Assembly: GCA_965223415.1 (NCBI GenBank)
Contig: OZ245002.1
Coordinates: 2,496,001-2,560,000 of the forward strand
Reading direction: 5' to 3'
Origin: Myxococcota bacterium
Lineage (GTDB): Bacteria; Myxococcota_A; UBA9160; UBA6930
Length of the DNA stretch: 64,000 nucleotides
Positions 55,060 to 64,000 of the stretch are shown in pieces. The notes under the pieces are model-generated. The model worked only from the letters and a program-made list of their open reading frames with translations, searched no databases and had not been told where the DNA came from. The translations under genes were made by a program, and so were the position numbers. Numbering within the stretch: the first letter of the stretch is position 1; each line of letters starts with the position of its first letter.

Positions 55060-55851
55060 CGCCAGCACCTCGACCATCCGCGTGAACGCCGCGCCGTCCT
55101 CGTAGCGCCCTCCCTGGGCCAGGCGCGTGACGCCGAGCTCGGCCAGCTGGGCGAGCTGCTCGCGCGCGCGGGGCGGGTCGCCCAGCGCCACGCCGCCGAG
55201 CACGACGATCTCGAGGGGCTCCCGGTCGGCCTCCTTCTCGAGCTGGCGCAGACGCTCGATGCGCGGGCCTAGCTGGGCCGGGTCGCCGCCCATGGGCATC
55301 CAGCCGTCTCCCGCCCGCACCGCGCGGGCGAGCGCCGCGTCGCTGCCACCACCGACGAAGATGGGCGGCTTCGCCGGCCGCGGGAGGAACAGGAAGGGCT
55401 GGCCGTTCGCCTCCACGACGTCGCTCTGGAAGCAGCGCTCCAGGAAGTCGAGCATCTCGTCGGCGAGCCGCCCGCGCCGGCTGCGGTCGACGCCCAGGGC
55501 GCGAAACTCCGGCTCCATCCAGCCCACGCCGACGCCGAGCTGGAGGCGCCCTCCCGAGAGCTCCTGGAGCGTGGCGATCGCCTTCGCGGTCGGGAGCGGC
55601 GAGCGGTAGGGAAGGTTCAGGATCGCCGTGCCGATGCGCACGCGCTCCGTCGCACCCGCGATCCAGGCCAGGGTCACGAGCGGATCGAGGTAGCGACCGC
55701 CGGAGCCCTCGGCGTCGTCCGGTGGAATCGCGACGTGGTCCACCACCCAGACTTCGTCCAGGCCGGCGGCCTCGGCGGCGCGGGCGCAGGCGCGAACGGT
55801 CTCCGCGGTGGAGACGGGGCCCATGGTGCGAACGACGGCGCCGAGCTGCAC
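55048..55851 (-). CDS. LLM-class (probably F420-dependent) oxidoreductase
   Basis: 'WVVDHV', 'SGGRLQLGVGVGW..EF' and 'DGWMP'. Confidence 0.88.
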   Translation of the reverse strand: MQLGAVVRTMGPVSTAETVRACARAAEAAGLDEVWVVDHVAIPPDDAEGSGGRYLDPLVTLAWIAGATERVRIGTAILNLPYRSPLPTAKAIATLQELSGGRLQLGVGVGWMEPEFRALGVDRSRRGRLADEMLDFLERCFQSDVVEANGQPFLFLPRPAKPPIFVGGGSDAALARAVRAGDGWMPMGGDPAQLGPRIERLRQLEKEADREPLEIVVLGGVALGDPPRAREQLAQLAELGVTRLAQGGRYEDGAAFTRMVEVLASLR

Positions 55852-55866
55852 GAGGGGCTCCTCTCC

Positions 55867-56718
55867 TCAGCCGAGCTTCGTGAGCAGGCCGTTGGCGGCC
55901 TCGTCGACGAAGCGCAGCAGCTCCTCCTCACTGCGCGCGACGGGCACGAGGGTGAGCCGCTCGACGCCCAGGTCCTGGTAGCGCCGCGCGGTGTCGAGAT
56001 CGCAGCCGGGAAGCGGCGAGGCGCTGATCTCCAGGGGGCCGAGGGCACCGGGGCGGTCGATCTCGCTGCGCGCCTTCTCGATGCCGCGCAGGCAGGAGGC
56101 CAGGCCGTCCGGATCCTGGAAGTAGGCGTACCAGCCGTTGCCCCGGGCCACGGCGCGACGAAAGGCCGGCGGGCTGTGGCCTCCGATCACGAGCGGCGGG
56201 TGCGGATCTTGAACCGGGCGCGGCTGGGCGTCGATGCCGTCGAAGCGGAAGGTCGGCCCCTCGAAGCGCGGGTGCTCCTCGGTCCAGAGGGCACGCAGGA
56301 CGTCCAGGTACTCGTCCGTCCGGGCGCCCCGGTTCGTGAAGTCCGCGCCGATGGCCGCGAACTCGGGCTCGAGGTAGCCGGCGCCGATCCCCACGATCAG
56401 CCGGCCGCCGGAGACCACGTCCACGCTGGCCAGCTCCTTGGCCAGCACCACCGGATTGCGTTGGGGCAGGATGATGATGCCGGTCCCGAGACGCAGGGTG
56501 GTCGTGGCCCCAGCGAGGAAGGCCAGGCTCACCGCCGGGTCGAGCATCTTCATGTGGGGCGGCGCCGGCGACGGCGGAACCTGGGGATCCGGGAGCACGA
56601 CGTGCTCGCCGGTCCAGACGGATTCGAAGCCCGCGGCTTCGGCCGCCCGGGCCACGCGAAGGGCCGTCTCCGGCGCCGCGCAGGGCCCCGTGTTGATGCC
56701 GAAGAGCCCGAGCTTCAC
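55867..56718 (-). CDS. LLM-class (probably F420-dependent) oxidoreductase
   Basis: 'WTGEHVV', 'LAKELASVDVVSGGRL' and 'PRPVQ'; GAGGAG RBS before GTG. Confidence 0.9.
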   Translation of the reverse strand: MKLGLFGINTGPCAAPETALRVARAAEAAGFESVWTGEHVVLPDPQVPPSPAPPHMKMLDPAVSLAFLAGATTTLRLGTGIIILPQRNPVVLAKELASVDVVSGGRLIVGIGAGYLEPEFAAIGADFTNRGARTDEYLDVLRALWTEEHPRFEGPTFRFDGIDAQPRPVQDPHPPLVIGGHSPPAFRRAVARGNGWYAYFQDPDGLASCLRGIEKARSEIDRPGALGPLEISASPLPGCDLDTARRYQDLGVERLTLVPVARSEEELLRFVDEAANGLLTKLG

Positions 56719-56926
56719 GCTTCTCCTCCTCAGGGTCGGGCGGATGACGATAGCCCGGCTTCGATCGCGTCGTCGGACGCCATGGCTCGGGCCGCACCCT
56801 GGGGACGCGAGCATCGCCACTCCCAGCGGCTTGGTAGGGTCGGGGCGTCCGCATGGAAGCGACGAACCTCACGGCTCTTCCCACGCTCGCCGAAGCGGGG
56901 GGGCCGCGTTTGGAGACAACGAGACC

Positions 56927-57244
56927 GTGCTTCGGGTCCTCGGCGCCTTGCTATTCTGCGTCTTCGGCGCAGCCTGGGGGCTCTCCGTCGTGCGCATGCG
57001 GGACTTGCTGAGGCGGAGCCTGGTCGCGCCTCGAGGACTCGCCTACGTCCTCGAGCCGACCCTCGTGTACTTCAACAACGCGCTCGGCCTAGCCGCTGCC
57101 GCGACTGTCGCCCTCGCCTCGATTCCTGCGTACCTCGCGCTCTCGTACCAGATTGCGGTCGCCGCCCCTTTGATCACCTCGATGGCCATTCTCTGGGGTG
57201 CCGTGCGACGGCTCCTCATCGAAGTCGAAGGAGAAGAGCAGTGA
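56927..57244 (+). CDS. Small membrane hypothetical protein
   Basis: GGAGA RBS and three hydrophobic segments. Confidence 0.5.
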   Translation: MLRVLGALLFCVFGAAWGLSVVRMRDLLRRSLVAPRGLAYVLEPTLVYFNNALGLAAAATVALASIPAYLALSYQIAVAAPLITSMAILWGAVRRLLIEVEGEEQ

Positions 57245-57440
57245 GATCGTACTCATCGCCGTCCTGTCGGCGCGCCTCCGCCAGTACGAGAGCGCCCTCG
57301 ATGCGCTCGAGCACGCCCACCCCGCCAGAGCCCCCAGCATGGGTTTCGTGCGCGTCCATCCCGCCGTCGCCCCCCTCCGGGGATTGCCCCGGTTCGAGGC
57401 GCTCGTACGTGCGTCGGACCTTCCTGAACCCGAGCGCTGA
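57241..57440 (+). pseudogene. Orphan C-terminal fragment of a TPR signalling protein
   Basis: 'ALDALEHA..VRVHPAVAPLRGLPRFEALV' resembles the tail of 60911-62638; no convincing start. Confidence 0.5.
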
Positions 57441-57553
57441 GCAGAGCGGCACGTGGGGCGAATTCGCATCTTGCTCGCTTTTGAAGGCCGGCAACTGTTC
57501 GATTCCATCTTTTGGTGGATGTTCGTTCCGGGGGCCTCGCATAGGGTGGCCGC

Positions 57554-60500
57554 ATGGATCCCGCGATCGCGCCGACGCCTCGCTCGGAGGGTGTGGTCAC
57601 GTTCCTGCTCACGGACGTGGTGGCGTCCAGCCGGCTGTGGCGCGACTCGCCTGACGCGGCGGCTGCGATCGGCAGGCAGGCGGAGCTCATCGCAACGGCT
57701 GCGCGAGAGGCGTGCGGGGTGCGGCCCCCGGACCAGGGTGAGGGGGATTCGACGCTCTGGGTCTTCGATCGCCCGGCGCAGGCTCTCGCCGCGGCGCTCG
57801 AGGCCCAGCGATCCCTGACGGCCGAGGGCTGGCCAGAGGGCGCCGAGATCGAGGTCCGCATGGCCGTCCACAGCGGCGAGGCCGAGCGGCTCGAGGGCGG
57901 GAACTACGGAGGCCTCTCGCTGATCCGTTGCGCTCGGCTTCGCGACCTCGCCCACGGCGGCCAGGTCCTGACCACGGTCGCCACCGCCGCCCTCGCCGCC
58001 GACTCGCTGCCGGGAAGCTGCACGCTCGCCGAGCTCGGCGTCGTGTCGCTCCCGGGTCTCGAGCGGGCGGAGCGTGTCTTCGAGCTCAGGCACCCCGGTC
58101 TGGCGGGGGGCTCGTCCCGGCTGGGCTGGCTGCGTGCCTCGCCGTCGCAGGGTCCCACGCCTTGGCCGACCGACCTCGTCGGCCGCACGGTCGAGCGTGC
58201 CGAGGTCGCCCGGCTCTTGACCGAAACTCGCCTGGTGACGATCAACGGCGTGGGCGGATCGGGAAAGACGCGCCTGGCCCACGCCGTGGCGGAGGACCTG
58301 AGCGATGAGTTCCCGGACGGTGTGGTCTGGGTCGAGCTCGCTCGGCTCGCCGAAGGCGGCCAGGTCGCGGTGGCGGTCCTGGAAGCGTGCGGCGGCATCG
58401 AGTCGACGACCCTGCCGACGCTCGAGCTGCTGGGACGGCAGCTGGCGAACGCCGAGCTGCTGCTCGTCATCGACAACTGCGAACACGTGCTGGACGCGTG
58501 CGCTGAGCTTTCGGACACCGTGCTCCGGGAGGCCCCTCGCGTGCGGCTCCTCACGACCTCACGCGAGCCTCTGAGCGTTCAAGGAGAGGTGAGCTGGCGC
58601 ATCCCGTCACTCTCCCTGGCTGCCGAGGGCGAACGAGATCTGGGGAAGATCGGGGAGAGTGAGGCGGTCCGGCTGTTCGTCGAGCGGGCTCGGGCAGCGC
58701 ACCCGGAGTTCGCGCTGGTCGAGGAGGTCGCCGCCGACGTGGCTCGCCTGTGCCGTCGCCTTGACGGTATCCCGCTCGCCATCGAGCTTGCGGCCGCCCG
58801 GGTGCGGGCGCTCTCGGTCGCCCGCCTCGTCGAAGGCCTCGACGATCGCTTCCGCCTGCTGACCGGTGGCGCACGCACTGCGCTGCCACGACAGCGCACC
58901 CTGCTCGCCTCGGTGGAGTGGAGCCACGATCTCCTGGACGAGAAGGAGCGCTGCCTCTTCCGCCGGCTCGCGGTCTTCGCCGCACCCTTCACCCTGGACG
59001 CGGCCGAGGCCGTGGTCGCCGACCCGTCTCTGGACGGGTTGGGCGTCTTCGACCTGTTGGCTCGGCTCGTGGACAAGAGCCTCGTCACCCACGCGGGGGA
59101 CGACCGCTACCGCATGCTCGAAACGCTTCGCCAGTTCGCCCTCGAGCGTGCCCACGAAGCCGACGAGCTCGCCGCGAGCCGAGATCGGCACCTGGCATGG
59201 TTCCTAGGAAGGGCGCGGGAGTGGGGCTTGGACGTCCACATGGAGACGGACCCGGTGCTCGACGCCATCGACCAGGAGAAGCCGGACCTGCTCGCCGCCT
59301 TGGAGTGGTCGCAATCGGCACCCAGAGAGCTGGCGCTACCGTTGCTGACGGCGCTGGGCCGATTCTGGTTCGTCCGTTCCGGCCGAGCCGAGCTCCGGGT
59401 CGTGGCGCATCGCGTCCTGGACCGCCTCGAGGAGGGAAGCCCCGGCTGGCTCCGCGCCCTGGCACCTCTGTCGGCCGCGCTCTTCTTCGCCGGGGACCCG
59501 ACCTGGATCCCGGCGGCCGCGCGTGCACTGGCCGAGCACGAAGAAGCCCTTTCGGACGGCGAGCGTGCGCGGCTCGAAGGTGCGATCGGCACGGGGCCGG
59601 CGTCCCACGGCCGGCCCGAGGGAATCGCGCGCTGGCGAAGGAGCGTCGAGCTGAGCCGACGCTCCGGAAGTCGGGGTGTGATCGTCGACCACACGATCGG
59701 GCTCACCATCATGTTGACCCAGGTGGGCCGACTGGCCGAGGCGCGACCGCTGCTCTCGTGGGTCGAACGCAACATCCGCCCGGGAGACGCGTTGAAATGG
59801 GGGCCCAACCTCGCCAAAGCCTGGATCGCCCTGTTCTCGGCCGAGTACGAAACTGCCACGGCTCTCTTCGAGCGGGTCCAGATGCACTCCTACGATCGCG
59901 GTGCAACTTCCGGCTGGCTCGCTCTCGTCGCCCTCTGGACCCAGGACCGCGCTCTGGCCGATCGCGCCATGACTGCTCTAGCGGGCTGTCCCGACCTGGG
60001 TGTCTTCGAGCGCTTCTGCACCGTCGCGGGCGCGGTGACCGAGATCCTCTCTGATGATCTCGAGGCCGCCAAACGCGTGCTGCGGACGGAGGTGGGGTCG
60101 CCCCAGATCGGGACCACGGTCTACTGGCCCCAGCTCAGCGCTGCCGAGCTGGAGCTTGCGACCTCCGATCTGGATGCGGCCGAGAAGACCTGCGACGAGG
60201 TGGCCAGCCAGCTATCGGCCTGCGAAGTCCCGCTCTTCCAAGCGTGGCTCGGCGACGCACGCGCTCACCTCGCACGTGGGCGCGGCGCGCATGCGGAGGC
60301 CGAGACGCTGGCCCACGGTGCGCTCGCACTCACCGTCGAGAACGGCCTGCACCACCTGCAGAGCGAGATCCTCGAGACCCTCGGCGTCCTGGCCGCCGAC
60401 GCCGGACGACGGGACGAGGCGGGTCGGCTGCTCGGCGCGACCCAATCATTCCGCGACGCCCACGGCATCCGCTTCCGTTGGCCCCATCGTGCCGCCGGCG

Positions 60501-60814
60501 TCGAGGCGGCACTCACGGGGCTCGACCCCCTTTACATGACCGAGGGCACCGCCATTCCCCTCGCCGAAGCGGCCGCCTACTGTCGGCGCGGGCGGGGCGA
60601 GCGCGGACGGCCGGACACGGGTTGGGAGGCACTCACACCCACCGAGCATCGGGTGGTGGAGCTGGTCGCAGAAGGGCGATCGAACAAGGACACCGCCGCC
60701 GAGCTCTTCGTGAGCGTCGCGACCGTCAAGACGCACCTGGTCCACGTGTTCGCGAAGCTCGGTGTGAAGAGCCGGGCCCAGCTCGCGGCGATGGTGGCGC
60801 GCCGAGCGTCATGA
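57554..60814 (+). CDS. Cyclase-like / NB-ARC ATPase / TPR / LuxR regulator (Rv0386-like)
   Basis: 'FLLTDVVAS', 'GEGDS', GVGGSGKT, 'IDNCEHV', 'DGIPLAIELAAAR' and C-terminal LuxR HTH. Confidence 0.92.
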   Translation: MDPAIAPTPRSEGVVTFLLTDVVASSRLWRDSPDAAAAIGRQAELIATAAREACGVRPPDQGEGDSTLWVFDRPAQALAAALEAQRSLTAEGWPEGAEIEVRMAVHSGEAERLEGGNYGGLSLIRCARLRDLAHGGQVLTTVATAALAADSLPGSCTLAELGVVSLPGLERAERVFELRHPGLAGGSSRLGWLRASPSQGPTPWPTDLVGRTVERAEVARLLTETRLVTINGVGGSGKTRLAHAVAEDLSDEFPDGVVWVELARLAEGGQVAVAVLEACGGIESTTLPTLELLGRQLANAELLLVIDNCEHVLDACAELSDTVLREAPRVRLLTTSREPLSVQGEVSWRIPSLSLAAEGERDLGKIGESEAVRLFVERARAAHPEFALVEEVAADVARLCRRLDGIPLAIELAAARVRALSVARLVEGLDDRFRLLTGGARTALPRQRTLLASVEWSHDLLDEKERCLFRRLAVFAAPFTLDAAEAVVADPSLDGLGVFDLLARLVDKSLVTHAGDDRYRMLETLRQFALERAHEADELAASRDRHLAWFLGRAREWGLDVHMETDPVLDAIDQEKPDLLAALEWSQSAPRELALPLLTALGRFWFVRSGRAELRVVAHRVLDRLEEGSPGWLRALAPLSAALFFAGDPTWIPAAARALAEHEEALSDGERARLEGAIGTGPASHGRPEGIARWRRSVELSRRSGSRGVIVDHTIGLTIMLTQVGRLAEARPLLSWVERNIRPGDALKWGPNLAKAWIALFSAEYETATALFERVQMHSYDRGATSGWLALVALWTQDRALADRAMTALAGCPDLGVFERFCTVAGAVTEILSDDLEAAKRVLRTEVGSPQIGTTVYWPQLSAAELELATSDLDAAEKTCDEVASQLSACEVPLFQAWLGDARAHLARGRGAHAEAETLAHGALALTVENGLHHLQSEILETLGVLAADAGRRDEAGRLLGATQSFRDAHGIRFRWPHRAAGVEAALTGLDPLYMTEGTAIPLAEAAAYCRRGRGERGRPDTGWEALTPTEHRVVELVAEGRSNKDTAAELFVSVATVKTHLVHVFAKLGVKSRAQLAAMVARRAS

Positions 60815-60910
60815 CTCGATGTCAACTGATCTGCCGACCCACGTTGGAATGATCGAGGTGGCATGGCGAAGCTCGGTGCCCAATGCTGGATCGCTGGACC
60901 CCCTAGACGA

Positions 60911-62638
60911 ATGATCTTTCGAATCGGTGACCTGGAACTGGACTCGCTCCGCCGAGAGCTCACGCGGCATGGTCAGGCGATCGCCGTACAGCCGAAGGTG
61001 CTGGAGCTGCTGCTCTATCTCTTCGAGCGCCGCCACCGCGCCGCCTCCAAGGCTGAACTCCTCGAGGCCCTCTGGCCCAACACTCACGTGACGGAGAGCT
61101 CTCTCCTGCGTGTCGTGAGCATCGCGCGGAGGGTCCTCTCAAGATGCGCAGGCGCCGACTCAGCCCTGGAGACGGTTCGCGGCTACGGCTATCGGGTCTC
61201 GTCGATCGCGCCGCTCCAGGCGCTGCCGAACGACGGCCCATCAGCCGTTGCCCCCCGAAGGTCCTTGGCGGTCTTGCCTTTCGGGTTGATGGGGGAAGGC
61301 CCTCCGGCCAACGGCCTGCACTTGTCGAGCGTACTGATCTCCCGTCTCGAGAGGCATGGGGCCTTCGACATCCGATCCCTGAAGGACATCAGCGCTCCCC
61401 TCGACGGTATCGAGGATCCGATCGCAGCAGGTCGTCAGCAACAGGTCGACTTCGCCATCGACGGGAGGCTCGATTGCGGCACCATGGCGACGAAACTCCT
61501 CATCCGCATCCTGGATGTGCCTGGGGGCGTTGCACTTCGGGAAGCTCACTTCGAGACGCGGGGCGACCATGTCGACCGTCTCCTCGATCGTGCCTTCCGA
61601 GAGATCGTGCAGACGCTGGACCCGGGCGAAAAAGCGGACGGGGGTCGGGGGGACGCCGCGTTCGAGCCTGGACTGAACCTGCAAGCTCACGGACACTTCG
61701 TCCGCGGCTGGCTTGCCTTGGCGCAGATGTCACCCGACTCGAGCGCCCAGGCGATCCGGCACTTCGACCACGCGACGGTCGTCGACCCTTCGTTCGCCAG
61801 GGCGTACTCCGGGATTGCGAGCGCGCACCTGGACCTTGCAACGGCGGGAGTCCGGCCAGCCGAGTCGTTCGACGCCGCGGAGCGTGCCATCTCTCGAGCT
61901 CTCGCGATCGACCCCGACGAGGCGAGCGCGCACGCTCTTCGGGGCCGTATCTCCTGGCAATGGGACTGGGACTGGAAGGCGACGGAAGCGCATTTCGAGC
62001 AGGCGTTGGCTGCCGATTCCCGACATGCCGAGGTGTGGGCCCTCATCGCGGGCTACCAGACGTTCGTCGGGCTGGCGGAAGAGTCCATCCAGAGCTCGTC
62101 GCGTGCCTGCGACTTGAGTCCCACGTCTTCTTACACGGGAATGATGCGGCTTCAGGCGCTCTACTTCGGGGGCAGGTACAGTGAGGCGATCGACGCAGCG
62201 AAGCAGCTGCTTCAGATGATGCCTGCCTTTGGCTTCGCTCACTTCTATGTGGGCTTGGCTTCCGTGGAGCGAGGCAACCTTGTGGAAGGCATCGCGTCAC
62301 TCGAAGAGGCGTGGCGCCACTCGGGGCGGTCCGACTTTGGGGCGATGTTGGCGTACGCCTATGCGCGAGCGGGCCGACTGGACGAGGCCAAGCCCTTGTT
62401 CGACCGGCTGGTTTCGCTGGCCCAGCGCCGGGAGGCCACGGTTCTGGCACCCATCTTGTACGAGCTGGTGATGGGCACGATCGATCGCGCCTTGGACCAC
62501 TTGGAGAAAGCGATCGACCTTCACGACTGGCACGCGTTGATCTTCGCCAGCGAGCCGAGCCTGGCGCCACTCCGCGCCCACCCCCGAGGAATCAAACTCC
62601 TGGATCGCCTCGGCCTCCTCGGTCGAAGGGCGGCGTAG
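60911..62638 (+). CDS. Winged-helix (CadC/OmpR-type) / TolB-N / TPR regulator
   Basis: 'ETVRGYGYR', 'SLAVLPF', TPR repeats and 'EPSLAPLRAHPR'. Confidence 0.88.
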   Translation: MIFRIGDLELDSLRRELTRHGQAIAVQPKVLELLLYLFERRHRAASKAELLEALWPNTHVTESSLLRVVSIARRVLSRCAGADSALETVRGYGYRVSSIAPLQALPNDGPSAVAPRRSLAVLPFGLMGEGPPANGLHLSSVLISRLERHGAFDIRSLKDISAPLDGIEDPIAAGRQQQVDFAIDGRLDCGTMATKLLIRILDVPGGVALREAHFETRGDHVDRLLDRAFREIVQTLDPGEKADGGRGDAAFEPGLNLQAHGHFVRGWLALAQMSPDSSAQAIRHFDHATVVDPSFARAYSGIASAHLDLATAGVRPAESFDAAERAISRALAIDPDEASAHALRGRISWQWDWDWKATEAHFEQALAADSRHAEVWALIAGYQTFVGLAEESIQSSSRACDLSPTSSYTGMMRLQALYFGGRYSEAIDAAKQLLQMMPAFGFAHFYVGLASVERGNLVEGIASLEEAWRHSGRSDFGAMLAYAYARAGRLDEAKPLFDRLVSLAQRREATVLAPILYELVMGTIDRALDHLEKAIDLHDWHALIFASEPSLAPLRAHPRGIKLLDRLGLLGRRAA

Positions 62639-63368
62639 GCCAACCCCTCGGCACGAGCCTGCGCTGAGAAAGGATCGTTCGCGCCGCGGACACCGCGCTT
62701 GGTGCCTCACAGATCTCCGGCGTGCCGCCGTCCTGCCTCGAACGACCCAGGAAGAAGAAGAACCCGTGAGCGGAATCGAGGAGATCAGAGGCGAATCCAG
62801 GGTCTTCATCCATGTTCATGTTTACGATGACAGGGAATGAGCGCATCACTCGGCCGATCTCCTCGACGCGCAGCTGCTCCTCGTGCCTTCCCGCTTCGTT
62901 CCGAAGCCAGTCGATCGGCCACATGAGGCTCGGGAGCAGCGTCAAGATGAACCCGTGCGGGGCCCACCGTTCGGCATACCGGCGTAGGCGTTCCTCGATC
63001 CACGTGGGATCGCTGTCGTAGTCCAGGTCCATCCCAAGAAGCAGCAGGCGAGCGGGCTCGCTCGGAGCCCGCTGCAGCAGCTCCTCCGCTCCAGCCTGCC
63101 GAACATCGATCGCCACGAAGGCCGGTTCCAGTCGGCCGCACCACTCGCGCTGACGGCCCGGGTCCTCTCTTGCATCCAGAATGACACACAGATCGGACGC
63201 CCCGAGCGCGGAGTCGATCAAGAGCGCTTGGTGGAGATTGACGATCGTCCCCTCGTCGAATCTCGGCAGTGCGGCGAACTGGATCGCGATCGCGGAGAAG
63301 CCGACCCGTTCGAGGGCGGCTGCGCCCTCGGGTGTGGCCACCGGGCCTGCCATGAGCGGCTTCGCCAT
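62592..63368 (-). CDS. Hypothetical protein
   Basis: GGAGG RBS and protein-like composition; the N-terminus is loosely TIM-barrel/TrpF-like. Confidence 0.6.
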   Translation of the reverse strand: MAKPLMAGPVATPEGAAALERVGFSAIAIQFAALPRFDEGTIVNLHQALLIDSALGASDLCVILDAREDPGRQREWCGRLEPAFVAIDVRQAGAEELLQRAPSEPARLLLLGMDLDYDSDPTWIEERLRRYAERWAPHGFILTLLPSLMWPIDWLRNEAGRHEEQLRVEEIGRVMRSFPVIVNMNMDEDPGFASDLLDSAHGFFFFLGRSRQDGGTPEICEAPSAVSAARTILSQRRLVPRGWPTPPFDRGGRGDPGV

Positions 63369-63421
63369 TCGTTCCGCGCCTCCACGGAGTCTTCTCCGTC
63401 GACTGGAGCGTTTGTCGCAGA

Positions 63422-64000
63422 CTACTCGTCGATCGCCCCATCACAGTCGTTGTCGACTCCATCGGGTCGCTCGACGGCGACCGGGCTCACAGCCCGGTCT
63501 TCGTCGTTGCAGTCAGTCGAGTAGACGGACCATCCATCGACAACATGGCATTTCCTGGTGCGTTGGGTGGCTGATCCAAACGAATCACCGTCGGCGTCGC
63601 GGTAGAGGACGATGTCCACGCCCTCGTCGACCTCGCCGTCGCAATCGTTGTCAAGGCCATCGCAGACCTCCACGGACGCCGGATGGATGCCGGGCCTCGA
63701 ATCATCGCAGTCACGGCCGCGAAAAACCTCATCGTTGGAAGCGCTGTTGAGGCACTGTGCCGAGACGAACCGATCGTCGTCCGAGTCCCGATCGCCGAAT
63801 GTGGTCGGGTCGCAGTCCTCGTCGTGCCCGGTGTCATCGCACACCTCCGGATTGCCGGGGAAGCGGCGCGGGTCCAGGTCGTCGCAGTCCGCGCCGCCGC
63901 ACCGTAGCGACACCACGCCGTCTCCATCCTCGTCCTTAGGATGGTCACAATAGGCCGCCTCGCCGCCGATCTGGCCAACGATCGGCGCACGGTTGCTGAT
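63422..64000 (-). CDS. Putative metal-binding (MopE-type DCDD..EVCDGxDNDCDG) repeat protein, 5' end outside the window
   Basis: Repeated DCDD/DNDCDG motifs; the frame is open to the window edge. Confidence 0.85.
   Translation of the reverse strand: MSNRAPIVGQIGGEAAYCDHPKDEDGDGVVSLRCGGADCDDLDPRRFPGNPEVCDDTGHDEDCDPTTFGDRDSDDDRFVSAQCLNSASNDEVFRGRDCDDSRPGIHPASVEVCDGLDNDCDGEVDEGVDIVLYRDADGDSFGSATQRTRKCHVVDGWSVYSTDCNDEDRAVSPVAVERPDGVDNDCDGAIDE

Overview
High-GC bacterial chromosome segment. The gene families (DUF6178, DUF1329, hpnMN, LLM oxidoreductases, MopE-type repeats) suggest a Myxococcota-like organism, which is inference only. Most of the window is core metabolic and envelope genes: a histone-fold protein, P450, hopanoid transport (vacJ/hpnM/hpnN), aconitase, queuosine salvage, a CDT-chorismate mutase fusion, nadE, asd, tesB and an ABC transporter with DUF1854. 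A ~14 kb accessory region (~31.0-44.75 kb) is a decayed integron cassette array. Its attC sites lie on the minus strand and no integrase is visible. It has been invaded by five IS110/IS1111 elements (one a remnant, one truncated) plus IS5, IS481 and IS21. For four of the IS110-family elements, non-coding bridge/seek RNA guide segments can be read directly and matched to their flanks. Three different elements hit one single attC at three positions, and a fourth targets a tRNA-Arg(TCG)-like fragment. Separately, a dispersed ACAAC..AAACGGAACCGGCCCC repeat and related hairpins sit at sharp local C-rich to G-rich strand-skew inversions. No CRISPR array, rRNA or intact tRNA was seen. All calls come from reading the sequence; no database searches were run.
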